DNA of 64,000 nucleotides from Candidatus Ozemobacteraceae bacterium (GCA_965140445.1 OZ223236.1:2336001-2400000); one strand, 5' to 3'. Shown: positions 1 through 10,301, numbered from the stretch's first letter. Numbers and translations: made by a program. The notes: generated from the sequence alone by a model not told the origin.

Positions 1-1429
1 AATTGATGGCGATAATGAAATAACAATACTCCTAATGGATATAAAAGATGACTTTGAAACTTCTGGAGTGTACACCAGCGGCTATTTTAATCTAGGTGAC
101 TGTTACCGTCCGGAGGAAATTCCAGAAGGATCAGATTTAAAATCAAATATGAGGGAAATGCTTTATGCAGATATAAATCCCTCAGATATTTCCAGCAAAG
201 AGTTCTTTGCTACAATCGCTCATGAACTTCAGCATCTAATTCATTTTCACAACGATTCAAAAGAATATAGCTGGTTAAATGAAGGTTGCTCACAAATTGC
301 TACTTATCTTTGCGGCTATGGGCATCCACGTCAGATAGAAGCCTTTAAGAACTGCCCAGACAATAGTTTGATTGCCTGGGCAAGATGGAATCAGGTTGCG
401 AACTATGGCCAAACCTATTTGTGGAACTTTTATCTTCTAGAGAGATTTTTGGATACCAAAAAAAGTCGGGTAGAATTTTTTCATAAGCTTGTTTCTGACC
501 AGAAGCAGGGAAGAGAAAGCTATGACAGCCTTTTAAAAGATTTTAAAACCAGCTTTGAAGAACAATTTAAGAATTTTTGTATTACAAATTTCATTAATCG
601 CAAAGAACTTTCGCCAGCAAAACTTGCCTATGGTAAAGAGTTGCCAGGTTTTGTATTGCCAGCAACCGCATATCTTGAAAGTCTTCCAAACATGTTTATT
701 GATTCCGTAAGCTTGTGGGGCGCAGATTTGGTAAAAGTTAATCTTAAAAGCGCAAGAGAGAAGATTAATGTTAGCTTTGCAGGGGATTTAAAGATTCTAA
801 AAAATAGCTTTTATGTTAGTCTCATTTTTCTTAACGAGGGAAAAAATAAGGTCTTAAAAGTTGAAGAAATGAAAAATATCAGCTCGACAGACAGTCCCTT
901 GAACAACATTTCAATGGTTATGTTCCCTGGCGACAATAATGGTGGCTATAACCCTCCGCCTCCGCCCCCGGTAAAAACGCAGATGGGCCAGGTAGAAATA
1001 GAAGTTCCCGTTGATGCGGATATGCTTTATATCGTTATCATGGGGCGCTCACCAGAGGATATTCAGGATACTCAACTCGGTTGGGAAGGCAAGGCCAGAT
1101 ATAGAGTTGATGTTAAAACGACTGGTGAAAATAGAATTATTCCAGTTTCACAACCTTTGACTGAAAACCGCCTGAATGTTTTGGTTTCAAACTATGTTTC
1201 TTTGACTGATTCTTATCTTATGACTTTATCTGATGAAAATGAAAGAATCAAACTTCTAGAATCTGTTAACGCCGAACTTAAGAGTAATTTAACTGAAAGT
1301 CTCAGATTGGGGTCGACGGAGGAAAACAAAAGTGCCTTGCAGATTTTAACCAGCTTTTCAGAACCGCAGGTTGCGCCATTAATAAAATTCTACGATAAGC
1401 AAAAAAAATATATTGAAATGAATAAATAA
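1..1429 (+). CDS. Zinc metallopeptidase (M30/hyicolysin-like), 5'-truncated by the window edge
   Basis: HELQH zincin motif followed by WLNEG. The frame is open from position 2 (IDGDNEITILLMDIKD...), so the real start lies outside the window. Confidence 0.7.
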   Translation, partial: IDGDNEITILLMDIKDDFETSGVYTSGYFNLGDCYRPEEIPEGSDLKSNMREMLYADINPSDISSKEFFATIAHELQHLIHFHNDSKEYSWLNEGCSQIATYLCGYGHPRQIEAFKNCPDNSLIAWARWNQVANYGQTYLWNFYLLERFLDTKKSRVEFFHKLVSDQKQGRESYDSLLKDFKTSFEEQFKNFCITNFINRKELSPAKLAYGKELPGFVLPATAYLESLPNMFIDSVSLWGADLVKVNLKSAREKINVSFAGDLKILKNSFYVSLIFLNEGKNKVLKVEEMKNISSTDSPLNNISMVMFPGDNNGGYNPPPPPPVKTQMGQVEIEVPVDADMLYIVIMGRSPEDIQDTQLGWEGKARYRVDVKTTGENRIIPVSQPLTENRLNVLVSNYVSLTDSYLMTLSDENERIKLLESVNAELKSNLTESLRLGSTEENKSALQILTSFSEPQVAPLIKFYDKQKKYIEMNK

Positions 1430-1485
1430 AGGTTAGATGGATTTATTCTATTTAGTCTGACTAAACTGTTAGAATAGAGGATCAA

Positions 1486-2250
1486 TTGCGTATTATTTTC
1501 AACGAGGAGTTTTACAATTCCGATTACGCGTCGGACAATGCTTCACTGCCCGGAAGGATGGAAGCTGTTATGTCTGCGTTCAAAAACCGATCCAGATATT
1601 CGGTTGTAGCTTCTGGCGCAGCACGAGAAGAGGATATTCTTAGAGTTCATACGATAGATCACTTTAAGAAAGCTAAGGAAGATGCTGCTCTTTTTAACAT
1701 GGCTATGCTTTCAGCTGGGGCAGCATGTAGTGCGGCAGAATACTCTTGTTTTAATAGTGAGCCGGTTTTTGCCTGTGTTAGGCCGCCGGGGCACCATGCT
1801 TCTCGCGATTCATCATGGGGATACTGTGTTTTTTGCAATGTTGCTGTAGCTTTAAGCCGTTTAAAAGAAAGAGGCGGAATAAAAAGTGCCTTTGTCCTGG
1901 ATTTTGACGCTCACACTGGAGATGGAACCATTGATTGCCTAAAAGATTGGCCAGAAGCAATTTTGTTCAATCCTTATGCTGATGATAACTTAAAGTATAT
2001 TTCTTTGTTGGAATCAAGGTTAGCGGAGATTGATTTTGTTGATATAGTTGCTGTTTCTGCTGGGTTTGATAGCTATATTCTTGATGTGGGAAGAAAATTG
2101 GAGACTTTCGATTTTTACCAGATAGGAAGATTGCTGAAAAAAACATGTATGCGAATGGGTCACAACAAAAGATTTGCAGTTCTTGAAGGGGGATATTATC
2201 ACCCGGATCTTGGAAAAAATGTGAGTGCTTTTTGTGATGGTTTTGAATGA
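1486..2250 (+). CDS. Histone deacetylase/AcuC-family Zn-dependent deacetylase (compact)
   Basis: Motifs RPPGHHA, GYCVFCNVA, DFDAHTGDGT, SAGFD, VLEGGY. TTG start with GAGG upstream. Confidence 0.9.
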   Translation: MRIIFNEEFYNSDYASDNASLPGRMEAVMSAFKNRSRYSVVASGAAREEDILRVHTIDHFKKAKEDAALFNMAMLSAGAACSAAEYSCFNSEPVFACVRPPGHHASRDSSWGYCVFCNVAVALSRLKERGGIKSAFVLDFDAHTGDGTIDCLKDWPEAILFNPYADDNLKYISLLESRLAEIDFVDIVAVSAGFDSYILDVGRKLETFDFYQIGRLLKKTCMRMGHNKRFAVLEGGYYHPDLGKNVSAFCDGFE

Positions 2251-2262
2251 GGAGTTATTTAA

Positions 2263-2571
2263 GTGGAAGAGCTAAAGTTTCAGGTTTTACCAAAAGACAA
2301 GCCAGAATCACCATATACCTGGATAAACATTGATCTGGGTGCAGACATGGTCGGAAAAGCCCGGGTTATAATAGAAACAGATCGCCTGATTATTTGCTCT
2401 ATAATGGTTTTCCCTGAGTTTCAAAGGCGTGGGATTGCCAGAAGAGCTATTATGAAATTCAAAAATGAATATAAGGTGCTTATTGCAGATAGAGTGAAAG
2501 CCGGGGCGGTAGCATTCTGGTTGGCAATGGGATTTACTGACGATTGTAATGGAAATTATAGTTTCAAGTAA
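2263..2571 (+). CDS. Small GNAT-family N-acetyltransferase
   Basis: Acetyl-CoA motif VFPEFQRRGIA and AVAFWLAMGF. GAGGAG RBS before GTG. Confidence 0.8.
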   Translation: MEELKFQVLPKDKPESPYTWINIDLGADMVGKARVIIETDRLIICSIMVFPEFQRRGIARRAIMKFKNEYKVLIADRVKAGAVAFWLAMGFTDDCNGNYSFK

Positions 2572-2573
2572 TC

Positions 2574-2903
2574 TCAATCAAGTTTTAGTCTAAAAGCAAC
2601 TTCCAATTCTTTTTTTTGCTTGTCATCAAGCCAACCAATCGCATCTGGAAATACCTTATTAATATGGCATTTATAAAATCTGTAATAATGTGGGTTTATT
2701 TTCAGCATTTTTTCGACATCAGAAAAGTTATGAAAAACACCAGCAAGCCTTCCATCACCAAGAGCATCCCAGACAATGTAAACAGATTCTTTTTCACAAA
2801 TCTTCTTTTTTCTCAATCTAATAGAAAGCTGAAACATGGCATCAGAGAACCATTCTCTCAGGCTTTTTCGGGGTGAAGGGGTAACAGCTTTTTTGTTTAT
2901 CAT
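2574..2903 (-). CDS. Hypothetical protein
   Basis: 109-aa ATG ORF filling the gap, convergent with the GNAT gene. No recognised motif. Confidence 0.55.
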   Translation of the reverse strand: MINKKAVTPSPRKSLREWFSDAMFQLSIRLRKKKICEKESVYIVWDALGDGRLAGVFHNFSDVEKMLKINPHYYRFYKCHINKVFPDAIGWLDDKQKKELEVAFRLKLD

Positions 2904-3007
2904 ACTTAAATTTTATTGCTTAAAAATCATTCCAACCAGATTTTTTTGAAAAATTGTCATGTTGAATTTTAGTTTAACAAATCGAGACGTTAAATGAACC
3001 ATTTTTT

Positions 3008-4369
3008 CTATTGAAGTTTATAAATAGACATACCAACCCTATCGGATACATAAATACTACCGTCAGGACTTTTGTAAATATCATAGTTTCTTGTTTCTTT
3101 TTCTGGGGACTTTAGCCATGCCCAGGCTTTTCCATTTTCAAGATAGATTATCGATTTCCCGCATGAAACAAGAAAGCCACCTGCATATTCAATCATCTGG
3201 CTTTTTCTGCTTATTGTATAAACTTTTTCAGCAGGTCTGCCATAAGCATCCTGGGAGAATGTAAATTCATCAGTCATTTCAGTAGTTTGTCCAGGAAGCC
3301 CAATAGGAATATAGGTTCCAGACGCAGCAATTTTGCAAATAGATCTTGCTGTAATACCCGCTACTGGCCCGTAATAATCAAGAATATAAATATTGCCATT
3401 GGAATCAACCGAAAAATAGCCAGGATAAGATTTGTAATCTAGCCTATCGAAGCTGTCCAAAACATTAATTCTTCCTTCAGATGCGCATAAAACTTGCCCT
3501 TTTGTGGTTAATATGTAAAGCTTATTTCCGACTGTTTTGGTGGAGTATGGGACACAAAATGTAGCGCTGGCATAGCTTACTCCATCAATGGTAGTAGTCG
3601 ATGGGTAGCCATCCATTCCTATAAAAAGCTCTACATTTTTGGTTTCCGGGTTAGCTTTATAAAGGCAACTACCACTAAAACCCATTATGCCACCGTTAAA
3701 CCATTCCATTAGGACTAAGCTGTAATCCCCAACCTTAAAAGCACTCCATGGTCCATAGTCAGTTCCTGTTGAAACGTTGATTAGATTTTCTTCAGAATTA
3801 ACTGTAATGAGCTCGTTTTTCTCATTGAAAAATATTGATCCATACGAAAATGATCTAGTCGAAATTTTGGATAGAGTTTTTCCATCAAGAGTTTTGGTTG
3901 AGGAAACCTGATGAAATGGAATGATTGCTGAGAACCCAGACGGAGAAGGGTAGCAGATCAAGTTTACCGTTGCGCTTCCAAGGGAAGCACTGCCATAGAA
4001 AGATTTTACTCCTTCAACATTCCCGCCTTCGATTTTTGTGAATACTCTTGCTGTTCCAGTTTCAGGAACAGAGTAAAAGCTTAAAGAGGCCGTGCCAGAA
4101 ACTACATTGACAACTTTTTTTTGAGCAAGTGTATCATTTATATAAAGAGTTGCTTCCACATTTGGTGAAGAAATATTGTTTAAAACATTACTTTTTAGGG
4201 TTTTATCTGGAGTTAAAAATGAAACTATAATTTTGGAGTTGCCTGTTAAACCATTGGGTTGATTTGTATCTGGCAATGGAGAAATATTATTTTCATCATG
4301 GGTTGAGCAACCCAAAAATCCCAAAACGCAAAGGCAAGATAGTATTAGTGTAAATAAAGAGTGTTTCAT
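3008..4369 (-). CDS. Lipoprotein with C-terminal beta-propeller-like (NHL-like) repeats
   Basis: Lipobox FLGC. Repeats such as FSVDSNGNIYILD and IYKSPDGSIYVSD. Confidence 0.7.
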   Translation of the reverse strand: MKHSLFTLILSCLCVLGFLGCSTHDENNISPLPDTNQPNGLTGNSKIIVSFLTPDKTLKSNVLNNISSPNVEATLYINDTLAQKKVVNVVSGTASLSFYSVPETGTARVFTKIEGGNVEGVKSFYGSASLGSATVNLICYPSPSGFSAIIPFHQVSSTKTLDGKTLSKISTRSFSYGSIFFNEKNELITVNSEENLINVSTGTDYGPWSAFKVGDYSLVLMEWFNGGIMGFSGSCLYKANPETKNVELFIGMDGYPSTTTIDGVSYASATFCVPYSTKTVGNKLYILTTKGQVLCASEGRINVLDSFDRLDYKSYPGYFSVDSNGNIYILDYYGPVAGITARSICKIAASGTYIPIGLPGQTTEMTDEFTFSQDAYGRPAEKVYTISRKSQMIEYAGGFLVSCGKSIIYLENGKAWAWLKSPEKETRNYDIYKSPDGSIYVSDRVGMSIYKLQ

Positions 4370-4705
4370 TTCCTAAATTCCTTTGAAAATAAGATTTTGA
4401 AATACTAACAAGGGATGTTTGATTTTTCAAGAGGAAAAGTCCTGTTAATAGGAGTTGTATACGACTTTGCTCTTGAGATAACCTGCCAATTCCACATATA
4501 AGTTAAAACAATTGCTAATTTTTGACTTAATTGAAATTTTGAGATGATTAAAGTCAATTCTTACAATAATTGTTTTTATGTATGACCGACTCTATAATAG
4601 GAATTTACTCGAATTAAATTCAGAGCTAAATACTCTTTCCATACAATCGGGAAGCCTTGGATTGGCGGTTTTTTCCCTGTAACTTCCGAAAGGCTGAAAA
4701 TTACA

Positions 4706-5290
4706 ATGAACAATAAATCAAATCAGGCTTTAGTTTCTTCTCCAGACGAAGGCGCTACTGTTGTCATTAGTCAAAGAGTTTATGAGCATAAGCATGCCGA
4801 TTATGAAGACTGGCTTAATGAAATTGCTCCCTTATGCAGGGCTTCTGAAGGGTGTTTGGATTGGCATATTATTCGTCCTGTTCCTGGTTTGTCTGAAACT
4901 TTTACTATCGTTGTGAGATTTGACACTGAAGAACATTTACGAGGATGGATTGAGTCACCTGTCCGAAAACGTTTGATTGAAAAAGCTCAGCCTCTATTGG
5001 TGACTGGAGATGATTTCTTTATCAGTAGTGGATTAGATTTCTGGTTTGCTCCAGATGAAGCTAAAGCTAAGATTCCGATAAGGTGGAAGCAATATTTGGT
5101 CACCTGGTCTGCAATTTTTCCGTTGGCACTACTGGTTCCAACGGTGTTGTTTCCATTTCTAAGGTTTTTGGGAATACCGCCTAATCACTATTTTGATGCT
5201 TTTGCTACAAGCGGAACGATAGTTTTTCTTATGGTATATCTGGTAATGCCACGTTACACAAAGCTTCTTAGGAACTGGCTTTTTAAATGA
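4706..5290 (+). CDS. ABM (antibiotic biosynthesis monooxygenase)-domain protein with two C-terminal TM helices
   Basis: VVRFDTEEHLRGWIESPVR, SGLDFWF, RWKQYLVTWSAIFPL and YLVMPRYTKLLRNWL are typical of this family. Confidence 0.8.
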   Translation: MNNKSNQALVSSPDEGATVVISQRVYEHKHADYEDWLNEIAPLCRASEGCLDWHIIRPVPGLSETFTIVVRFDTEEHLRGWIESPVRKRLIEKAQPLLVTGDDFFISSGLDFWFAPDEAKAKIPIRWKQYLVTWSAIFPLALLVPTVLFPFLRFLGIPPNHYFDAFATSGTIVFLMVYLVMPRYTKLLRNWLFK

Positions 5291-5300
5291 GATTAGGGTT

Positions 5301-5615
5301 TTAAAAACTGCCAAGCTTTCTTATTAAAAACAGGAAACCTGGAGTGACAAAAGCGTAAACAAGCATCATTAGAACAGGCGAGACTAAAATCACCCAGCTT
5401 AGTATGGAATAAAAAGTTTCAAGATTCTCAGGTAGAAGTTTCCTGACTTCATAAGGGACGAGAGCTGTTTGGGTTAATTTTTTAGGTTCCCAGATTATGT
5501 ATACTGGCAAAAGCGGAACTAATGCAAATAGTGCTGAGCCTTCATAAAAAGCAAGGAAAAGGTATACAAGGTAAAAAGAGAAAGAAATTATTTTAGTTTT
5601 ACTCAGTCTACGCAT
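5301..5615 (-). CDS. Small hypothetical membrane protein
   Basis: Three hydrophobic segments. Fills the gap between genes. Confidence 0.55.
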   Translation of the reverse strand: MRRLSKTKIISFSFYLVYLFLAFYEGSALFALVPLLPVYIIWEPKKLTQTALVPYEVRKLLPENLETFYSILSWVILVSPVLMMLVYAFVTPGFLFLIRKLGSF

Positions 5616-5697
5616 TGCCGAATTGCCTTTTCCTGATTTCTTATGTATATATTACCAAAAATTCTAAATTACTGAAAATTAATCAAGGAAAGCAGCC

Positions 5698-6141
5698 ATG
5701 AATTCCAGGAGCTATTCACAAATTTTACTGAATCATCTGAAACGATCGTTTGAATTATCAAGAGAATTAGTTGAAGGATTGTCCGAAAGCGAACTTGAAC
5801 TTAAACTAAAGAATTTACCTTCAAATACAATTGGACAACAAATTTGGTGCATGATTGGGGCACGGGAGAGCTATTTGAAAGCAATAGAGAAAGGTGGTTG
5901 GGCGGGATTTAGCTGCTCGTTGACCAATGCTTCTTCAAAGGATGATGTTCTAACCTGCTTAATCAGATCTCAAAATGATTTTCTTAATTTTCTTCAAGAG
6001 CGCGAGTTAGACGAAGGGCAAGTTGAATATCTGGTAACCTTGCTGGAGCATGAAATACAACACCATGGGCAGTTGATACGTTATTTTTATGCCAACAAGC
6101 TGATTTTTCCCAAAAGCTGGAACGATAGATATACCGTATAA
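5698..6141 (+). CDS. DinB/YfiT-family protein
   Basis: NTIGQQIWCM and HEIQHHGQL motifs. AAGGA RBS. Confidence 0.75.
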   Translation: MNSRSYSQILLNHLKRSFELSRELVEGLSESELELKLKNLPSNTIGQQIWCMIGARESYLKAIEKGGWAGFSCSLTNASSKDDVLTCLIRSQNDFLNFLQERELDEGQVEYLVTLLEHEIQHHGQLIRYFYANKLIFPKSWNDRYTV

Positions 6142-6426
6142 GATACTGAAAAATTATTTTCATTCTGGCAATCAGTTAAAATTTTTTATACATGTGTTTT
6201 TTGTTGTCGCTGGTTTATCTTGCACCTAATTCTTGTTATTGCTTGCAAAGCGACTCCAACGCTGCTTTTTGCAATGATAATTTTGAAAAACCTCCCGCTA
6301 AATTTGATTTTTTCCTAAAAAAGAGAATGTATTAACTCAAAAAAATGCCTTGAACTATTGTCAGAAAGACTTCTGGCAATTATATTGAAAGCATATACTT
6401 TTCTTTAAGGAGTTTAATAATTCACC

Positions 6427-7386
6427 ATGACTACGGGAAAGTCATTCGAAAAGCCCGTTCTTAAGACATTAGAGTTTGTTTCAAGTGATCAGGCATATGA
6501 GATGATCGAAAGAGATGTTTATTGGCCAAAGTGGGAACACCCTTGGTGGGCTATTCTTGCACTTGCAGAGACTGGGAATCTCGAACAGGTTCCACAAGGG
6601 TTGATGATGGAGTTACTGAATTGCGCTGACCGGCAGTATATACATGTTTTTCCCGTTAGGCCAGAGGATGCGCCTGAGGACATAAATGGATACACTGAGG
6701 TTATGTGTTTCTGTTTTTTGGGAAGCCTTTTGAAGGTTGCCTCTTTGATGGAATTAGACTTTTTTGCATACGTGCCATGGGCAAAAGATTGGTTTACTCG
6801 ATATCAACTTCCTGATGGTGGTTATAACTGCGATGAGGTCGCTTATTTGGAGTCCGGGAAAAGTTCATTGGTTTCTACAGTTCCAATGCTTGAAGGGATG
6901 CTTGCCTATCAAAGGTTTATGAATGATGATTCTCTGTTTGAACCGCAAGCTAAAAAAGCCTATGACTACCTGGTAAAGCACAATGTTTTTATGAGTTCGG
7001 CAGGCAAAGAAATTGAGGGCGTGGAATGGGATAAGTTGATGTTTCCACGGTTTTATGAGTTTGATTTCTTAAGAAGCCTTGAGGCAGTACTTGATTATGG
7101 AATCTCAAGGAATGTAGAAATTCCGGAGAAATCGATTAAAGAAGCTGTAAGGCTGCTAAATCAGAAGATTGAAGATAAAATCTTTTTTTCAGAGAAACAG
7201 TGGTTGCGAGAAGAAAAGACAGTTAGTTACACAAGTGAAGCGCCAATTTTGTTTAAAGATAGAGCAAAGGTGCCACTTTTCCTGAATATTATTAATGCGA
7301 GGGAAGAAAATCCATTTGTTAAGGATCTTCTTGAGAAAACTAAAGCTAATCTTGAAACAGCTAAAAGCAAGGGGCTTATAAAGTAA
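6427..7386 (+). CDS. Prenyltransferase/squalene-cyclase-like alpha/alpha-toroid protein, function unknown
   Basis: QW-type motif YQLPDGGYNC and FPRFYEFDFLRSL. AAGGAG RBS. Confidence 0.6.
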   Translation: MTTGKSFEKPVLKTLEFVSSDQAYEMIERDVYWPKWEHPWWAILALAETGNLEQVPQGLMMELLNCADRQYIHVFPVRPEDAPEDINGYTEVMCFCFLGSLLKVASLMELDFFAYVPWAKDWFTRYQLPDGGYNCDEVAYLESGKSSLVSTVPMLEGMLAYQRFMNDDSLFEPQAKKAYDYLVKHNVFMSSAGKEIEGVEWDKLMFPRFYEFDFLRSLEAVLDYGISRNVEIPEKSIKEAVRLLNQKIEDKIFFSEKQWLREEKTVSYTSEAPILFKDRAKVPLFLNIINAREENPFVKDLLEKTKANLETAKSKGLIK

Positions 7387-7391
7387 ATTCG

Positions 7392-7433
7392 AAAAAAAAT
7401 CCCGATCGGCCAAATAGCTGATCGGGATTTTTT
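7392..7433. terminator. Bidirectional intrinsic terminator
   Basis: A-tract, stem ATCCCGATCGGC/GCTGATCGGGAT, T-tract, between convergent genes. Confidence 0.85.
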
Positions 7434-7448
7434 GTTACAACTTAGAGC

Positions 7449-8672
7449 TTATACTTCAAGTTTTTCGATTGCCATTTTTGTGACTAGAAGCCTTTCGTTA
7501 CCAGCAAACAGGTGTTTGTCTGAGCTTAAGCCGACAAAATTTTTGCCATAGATGTCAAAAATTGAACCTTTAATAGTAATTTCCGGGATTCTACCTACCA
7601 GCTTTTCACCATCGAAAATCATTGCTACCTGAACAGGTGACGCATAGGTTCCATCGGGAGTAAAATCTCCACCGCTGGCTATTCCAATATAAATTCCCTT
7701 TTGGCCATTTAAAAGCTCTTTCAATGATTTGTTTGATGGGACAAGGGTTAATGGCCTTGCGGAAAGGCTAGGAACACCATCGTAGGAGCTTTCCCCGCAA
7801 CCTGTATTTTCGTAATCGAATTTTTTGGCAGTTTGTTTGTCGGTAAATGGGCGAAGGATTTTCCCATCTTTTATTAGAAAAGAAAGCTCTTCAGAAACGA
7901 TTGTTCCTTCAGCATCGAAAGGACGATAAAGAGTTTCTTCTGGATCAGTTTCAAGTTTTAAACTGACATTCTTGTTAAATGCTTCCATTCCGATTTTGTC
8001 AGCAAGCAGAGAGGCTTTATTTCCAACCAATTTGCCGTTCAGGTCTCTATAAAAAACTCTGTTAACTGTGTCCTGGCTAATAATTACAGGGAGAGTTGTA
8101 TCCAGTTCGACTTTGTTTGTGTATGCATCAAGGGTTTCGCGGGAAGCCTGGAGTATTTTTTCAGGTTCAAAGCTTCTCTCAGCCAGGCCTATATACGCAT
8201 CCAGAATTCCATTTGAAGTTTTTTCCTTGAAAAGAATAGAAAAATCAAGATAAGAATCCTTATAACTCAAATCAAGGCCGATTTCGTTGCTGATTTTAAA
8301 TTCTCTTTGATTTAAAACGGCCTTTGGAGTGCATAGAAAGTCTGGGTGCGATTGCCCCAAGGCTTCAAGTATCTCTTCAGTTTTTTGAAGAAGTTCTTTA
8401 TCCTGGATCGAAAATCTGGCCATATCAAATTCTTTTTTCAAATTGCCTGTAGGTTCAGCATTATATGGTATTGCATATTTAAGACAGCCCTCTGCTTTAG
8501 CAAAAAGTTCATCTTCATTTACCTGTCCAAGAGCGCCTGCGATGCCAATTTTGCCATCTTTATAGACTCTGCAGCCTGTTCTTAAAATGTTTTTCTTTCT
8601 GATACTTTCAATTTTGCCAAGTTTTCCGCTCAGTGAAGTCTGAATGACTCTTGATACTAGTTTTTCTTTCAT
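7449..8672 (-). CDS. tldE: TldE/PmbA-family protein (non-catalytic subunit)
   Basis: PFDAEG, IKDGKI, GGDFTPDGTYASPV. No HExxxH. Directly downstream of tldD. Confidence 0.8.
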   Translation of the reverse strand: MKEKLVSRVIQTSLSGKLGKIESIRKKNILRTGCRVYKDGKIGIAGALGQVNEDELFAKAEGCLKYAIPYNAEPTGNLKKEFDMARFSIQDKELLQKTEEILEALGQSHPDFLCTPKAVLNQREFKISNEIGLDLSYKDSYLDFSILFKEKTSNGILDAYIGLAERSFEPEKILQASRETLDAYTNKVELDTTLPVIISQDTVNRVFYRDLNGKLVGNKASLLADKIGMEAFNKNVSLKLETDPEETLYRPFDAEGTIVSEELSFLIKDGKILRPFTDKQTAKKFDYENTGCGESSYDGVPSLSARPLTLVPSNKSLKELLNGQKGIYIGIASGGDFTPDGTYASPVQVAMIFDGEKLVGRIPEITIKGSIFDIYGKNFVGLSSDKHLFAGNERLLVTKMAIEKLEV

Positions 8673-8682
8673 TGTTTTTCTC

Positions 8683-10020
8683 CTACTGAACGTTAATTTT
8701 TTTAATGCGAATGTATGGGCCGCCGAAGCTTACTGGAAGAGGGTATTGCTCCATTTTTCCACATCCACCTGAAGCAGAACTTATAACCTTGTATTCTTTT
8801 GAAACCTTGTCTATCTCATTAAGAGTGGACATAACGTTTCCTGTGATAACAGAAAACTTAACTGGTTTGGTTACTTTGCCGCCTTCTATTAGGTAAGCAC
8901 GTGATGGAGCGAGAGTAAATGTAGACATTCCAGATCCATGATTTATTGTTTCGATCAAGATTCCCTTGTCTATTTCGCTGATAAGTTCTTCTTTGCTGAC
9001 TTCTCCACCAGCAACGCAAGTTGAAGTCATTCTAACAATTGGCTCAAATTCAAAATTTACTGCACGGGCATTTCCAGTAAGTTCTTCAGAAAAACAGGCG
9101 GCACTTTCTGCATTGTGAAGCCTGCCCTGGAGAATTCCTTCTTTTATAAGATAAGTTTTGCGAATTCTTGTTCCCTCGTCGTCAAAGGGGATATAACCGC
9201 TACCAGAATTTTCTCCAGTGTCTGTAATGGTTAATACATCAGAGCCAACACGCTTACCGATGCACCATTCTTTCATCATTGTTTCGTCACCAATGGCAAA
9301 ATCTGCTTCGCTTTTGTGTCCAAAGCTTTCGTGAGCAAAAATACCAGTGGCCATGGGAGAGAGGACTACTGTGTAGTTCCCGCCATCTATTGTTTCAGCT
9401 TTGTGGAAGAATTCTTCTGAAGCATCCAGATCTTTCTGAAGTTTTTCTGAATGATTTTTTAATGCAGGAAAGTTGTCTTCACAAACCTGACATCCATCAG
9501 AAAAAACGTCTTTGCTAGTTCCAAAGGTAAAACCGAAAGATAGTCCGCCTATTTGAGTGTCAAATTTGAGGCTGGCACCTTTACTGGAATAGAATTCTTT
9601 CAGGGTATTTTTATCCGTATAGTTTATTCGCCAATGGCTGAGTTCATTTTTTGTTTTGATAATTTTGGCATATTGCTGAATAGTATCTAACTTTTCCTGA
9701 ATATTGATTTTTTCAAAAGAAATGCTATCAAATTTAATGCATTCTTCTTTGTTTACCTCAAATTTAGCCACTATAGGGTGTGACAGTATCTGAGGATTCG
9801 GGGTAGCTAATTTTGCCAGGTTATCAATTTCTTCTTGTAGATTTGCTACTTCAGTTGTAGAGGAAAAATACCACCTGATTCCATCAAAGACCCTTATAAA
9901 AGCACCTGAATCAGTTTTTTCCTTAATTTCTTCATATTTGTCCAGTTCGTAGCGAATAGCGGTTTGGAAGAACTTCTCTATTCTCACATCACAATAGAGA
10001 TCTTTGGGAAATTTAAACAT
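8683..10020 (-). CDS. tldD: TldD-family metalloprotease
   Basis: HESFGHKSEAD, FDDEG, TGNARA, PIVRM and C-terminal GGCGK. Confidence 0.9.
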   Translation of the reverse strand: MFKFPKDLYCDVRIEKFFQTAIRYELDKYEEIKEKTDSGAFIRVFDGIRWYFSSTTEVANLQEEIDNLAKLATPNPQILSHPIVAKFEVNKEECIKFDSISFEKINIQEKLDTIQQYAKIIKTKNELSHWRINYTDKNTLKEFYSSKGASLKFDTQIGGLSFGFTFGTSKDVFSDGCQVCEDNFPALKNHSEKLQKDLDASEEFFHKAETIDGGNYTVVLSPMATGIFAHESFGHKSEADFAIGDETMMKEWCIGKRVGSDVLTITDTGENSGSGYIPFDDEGTRIRKTYLIKEGILQGRLHNAESAACFSEELTGNARAVNFEFEPIVRMTSTCVAGGEVSKEELISEIDKGILIETINHGSGMSTFTLAPSRAYLIEGGKVTKPVKFSVITGNVMSTLNEIDKVSKEYKVISSASGGCGKMEQYPLPVSFGGPYIRIKKINVQ

Positions 10021-10058
10021 TTAGCTTCTCCATAGAAAAATTTTCAAATGATCATAAG

Positions 10059-10301
10059 TCATCTAAGATAAGGAGGAAGCACTTTTCCTGCTTCCGGGTT
10101 TTTCTGAAGATAAATTTTTCGCAATCTTTGTGCTCTTTCATGAGCATTTAATGCATCTAGCCATCTTGAAACGGTAACCCCTAGCATTATGGTTGAAATG
10201 AGGAAAACTATCAAGCACAGTCTTATTTTCCGAGTAAGATCTCCCATGCATTCAGGACATCCATCGATTGGATTTTTGCAATAATCACAATTCAGATTCA
10301 T
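10059..10301 (-). CDS. Small zinc-ribbon + single-TM protein
   Basis: CDYC-x6-CPEC followed by a hydrophobic helix. Start overlaps the upstream stop (TAATG). Confidence 0.65.
   Translation of the reverse strand: MNLNCDYCKNPIDGCPECMGDLTRKIRLCLIVFLISTIMLGVTVSRWLDALNAHERAQRLRKIYLQKNPEAGKVLPPYLR

Noticed and set aside
6142..6426. 285-bp spacer with partial hairpins (TTGCAAAGCG...CGC...TTTGCAA)
   Set aside because: Pairing is weak and matches no RNA motif I recognise.
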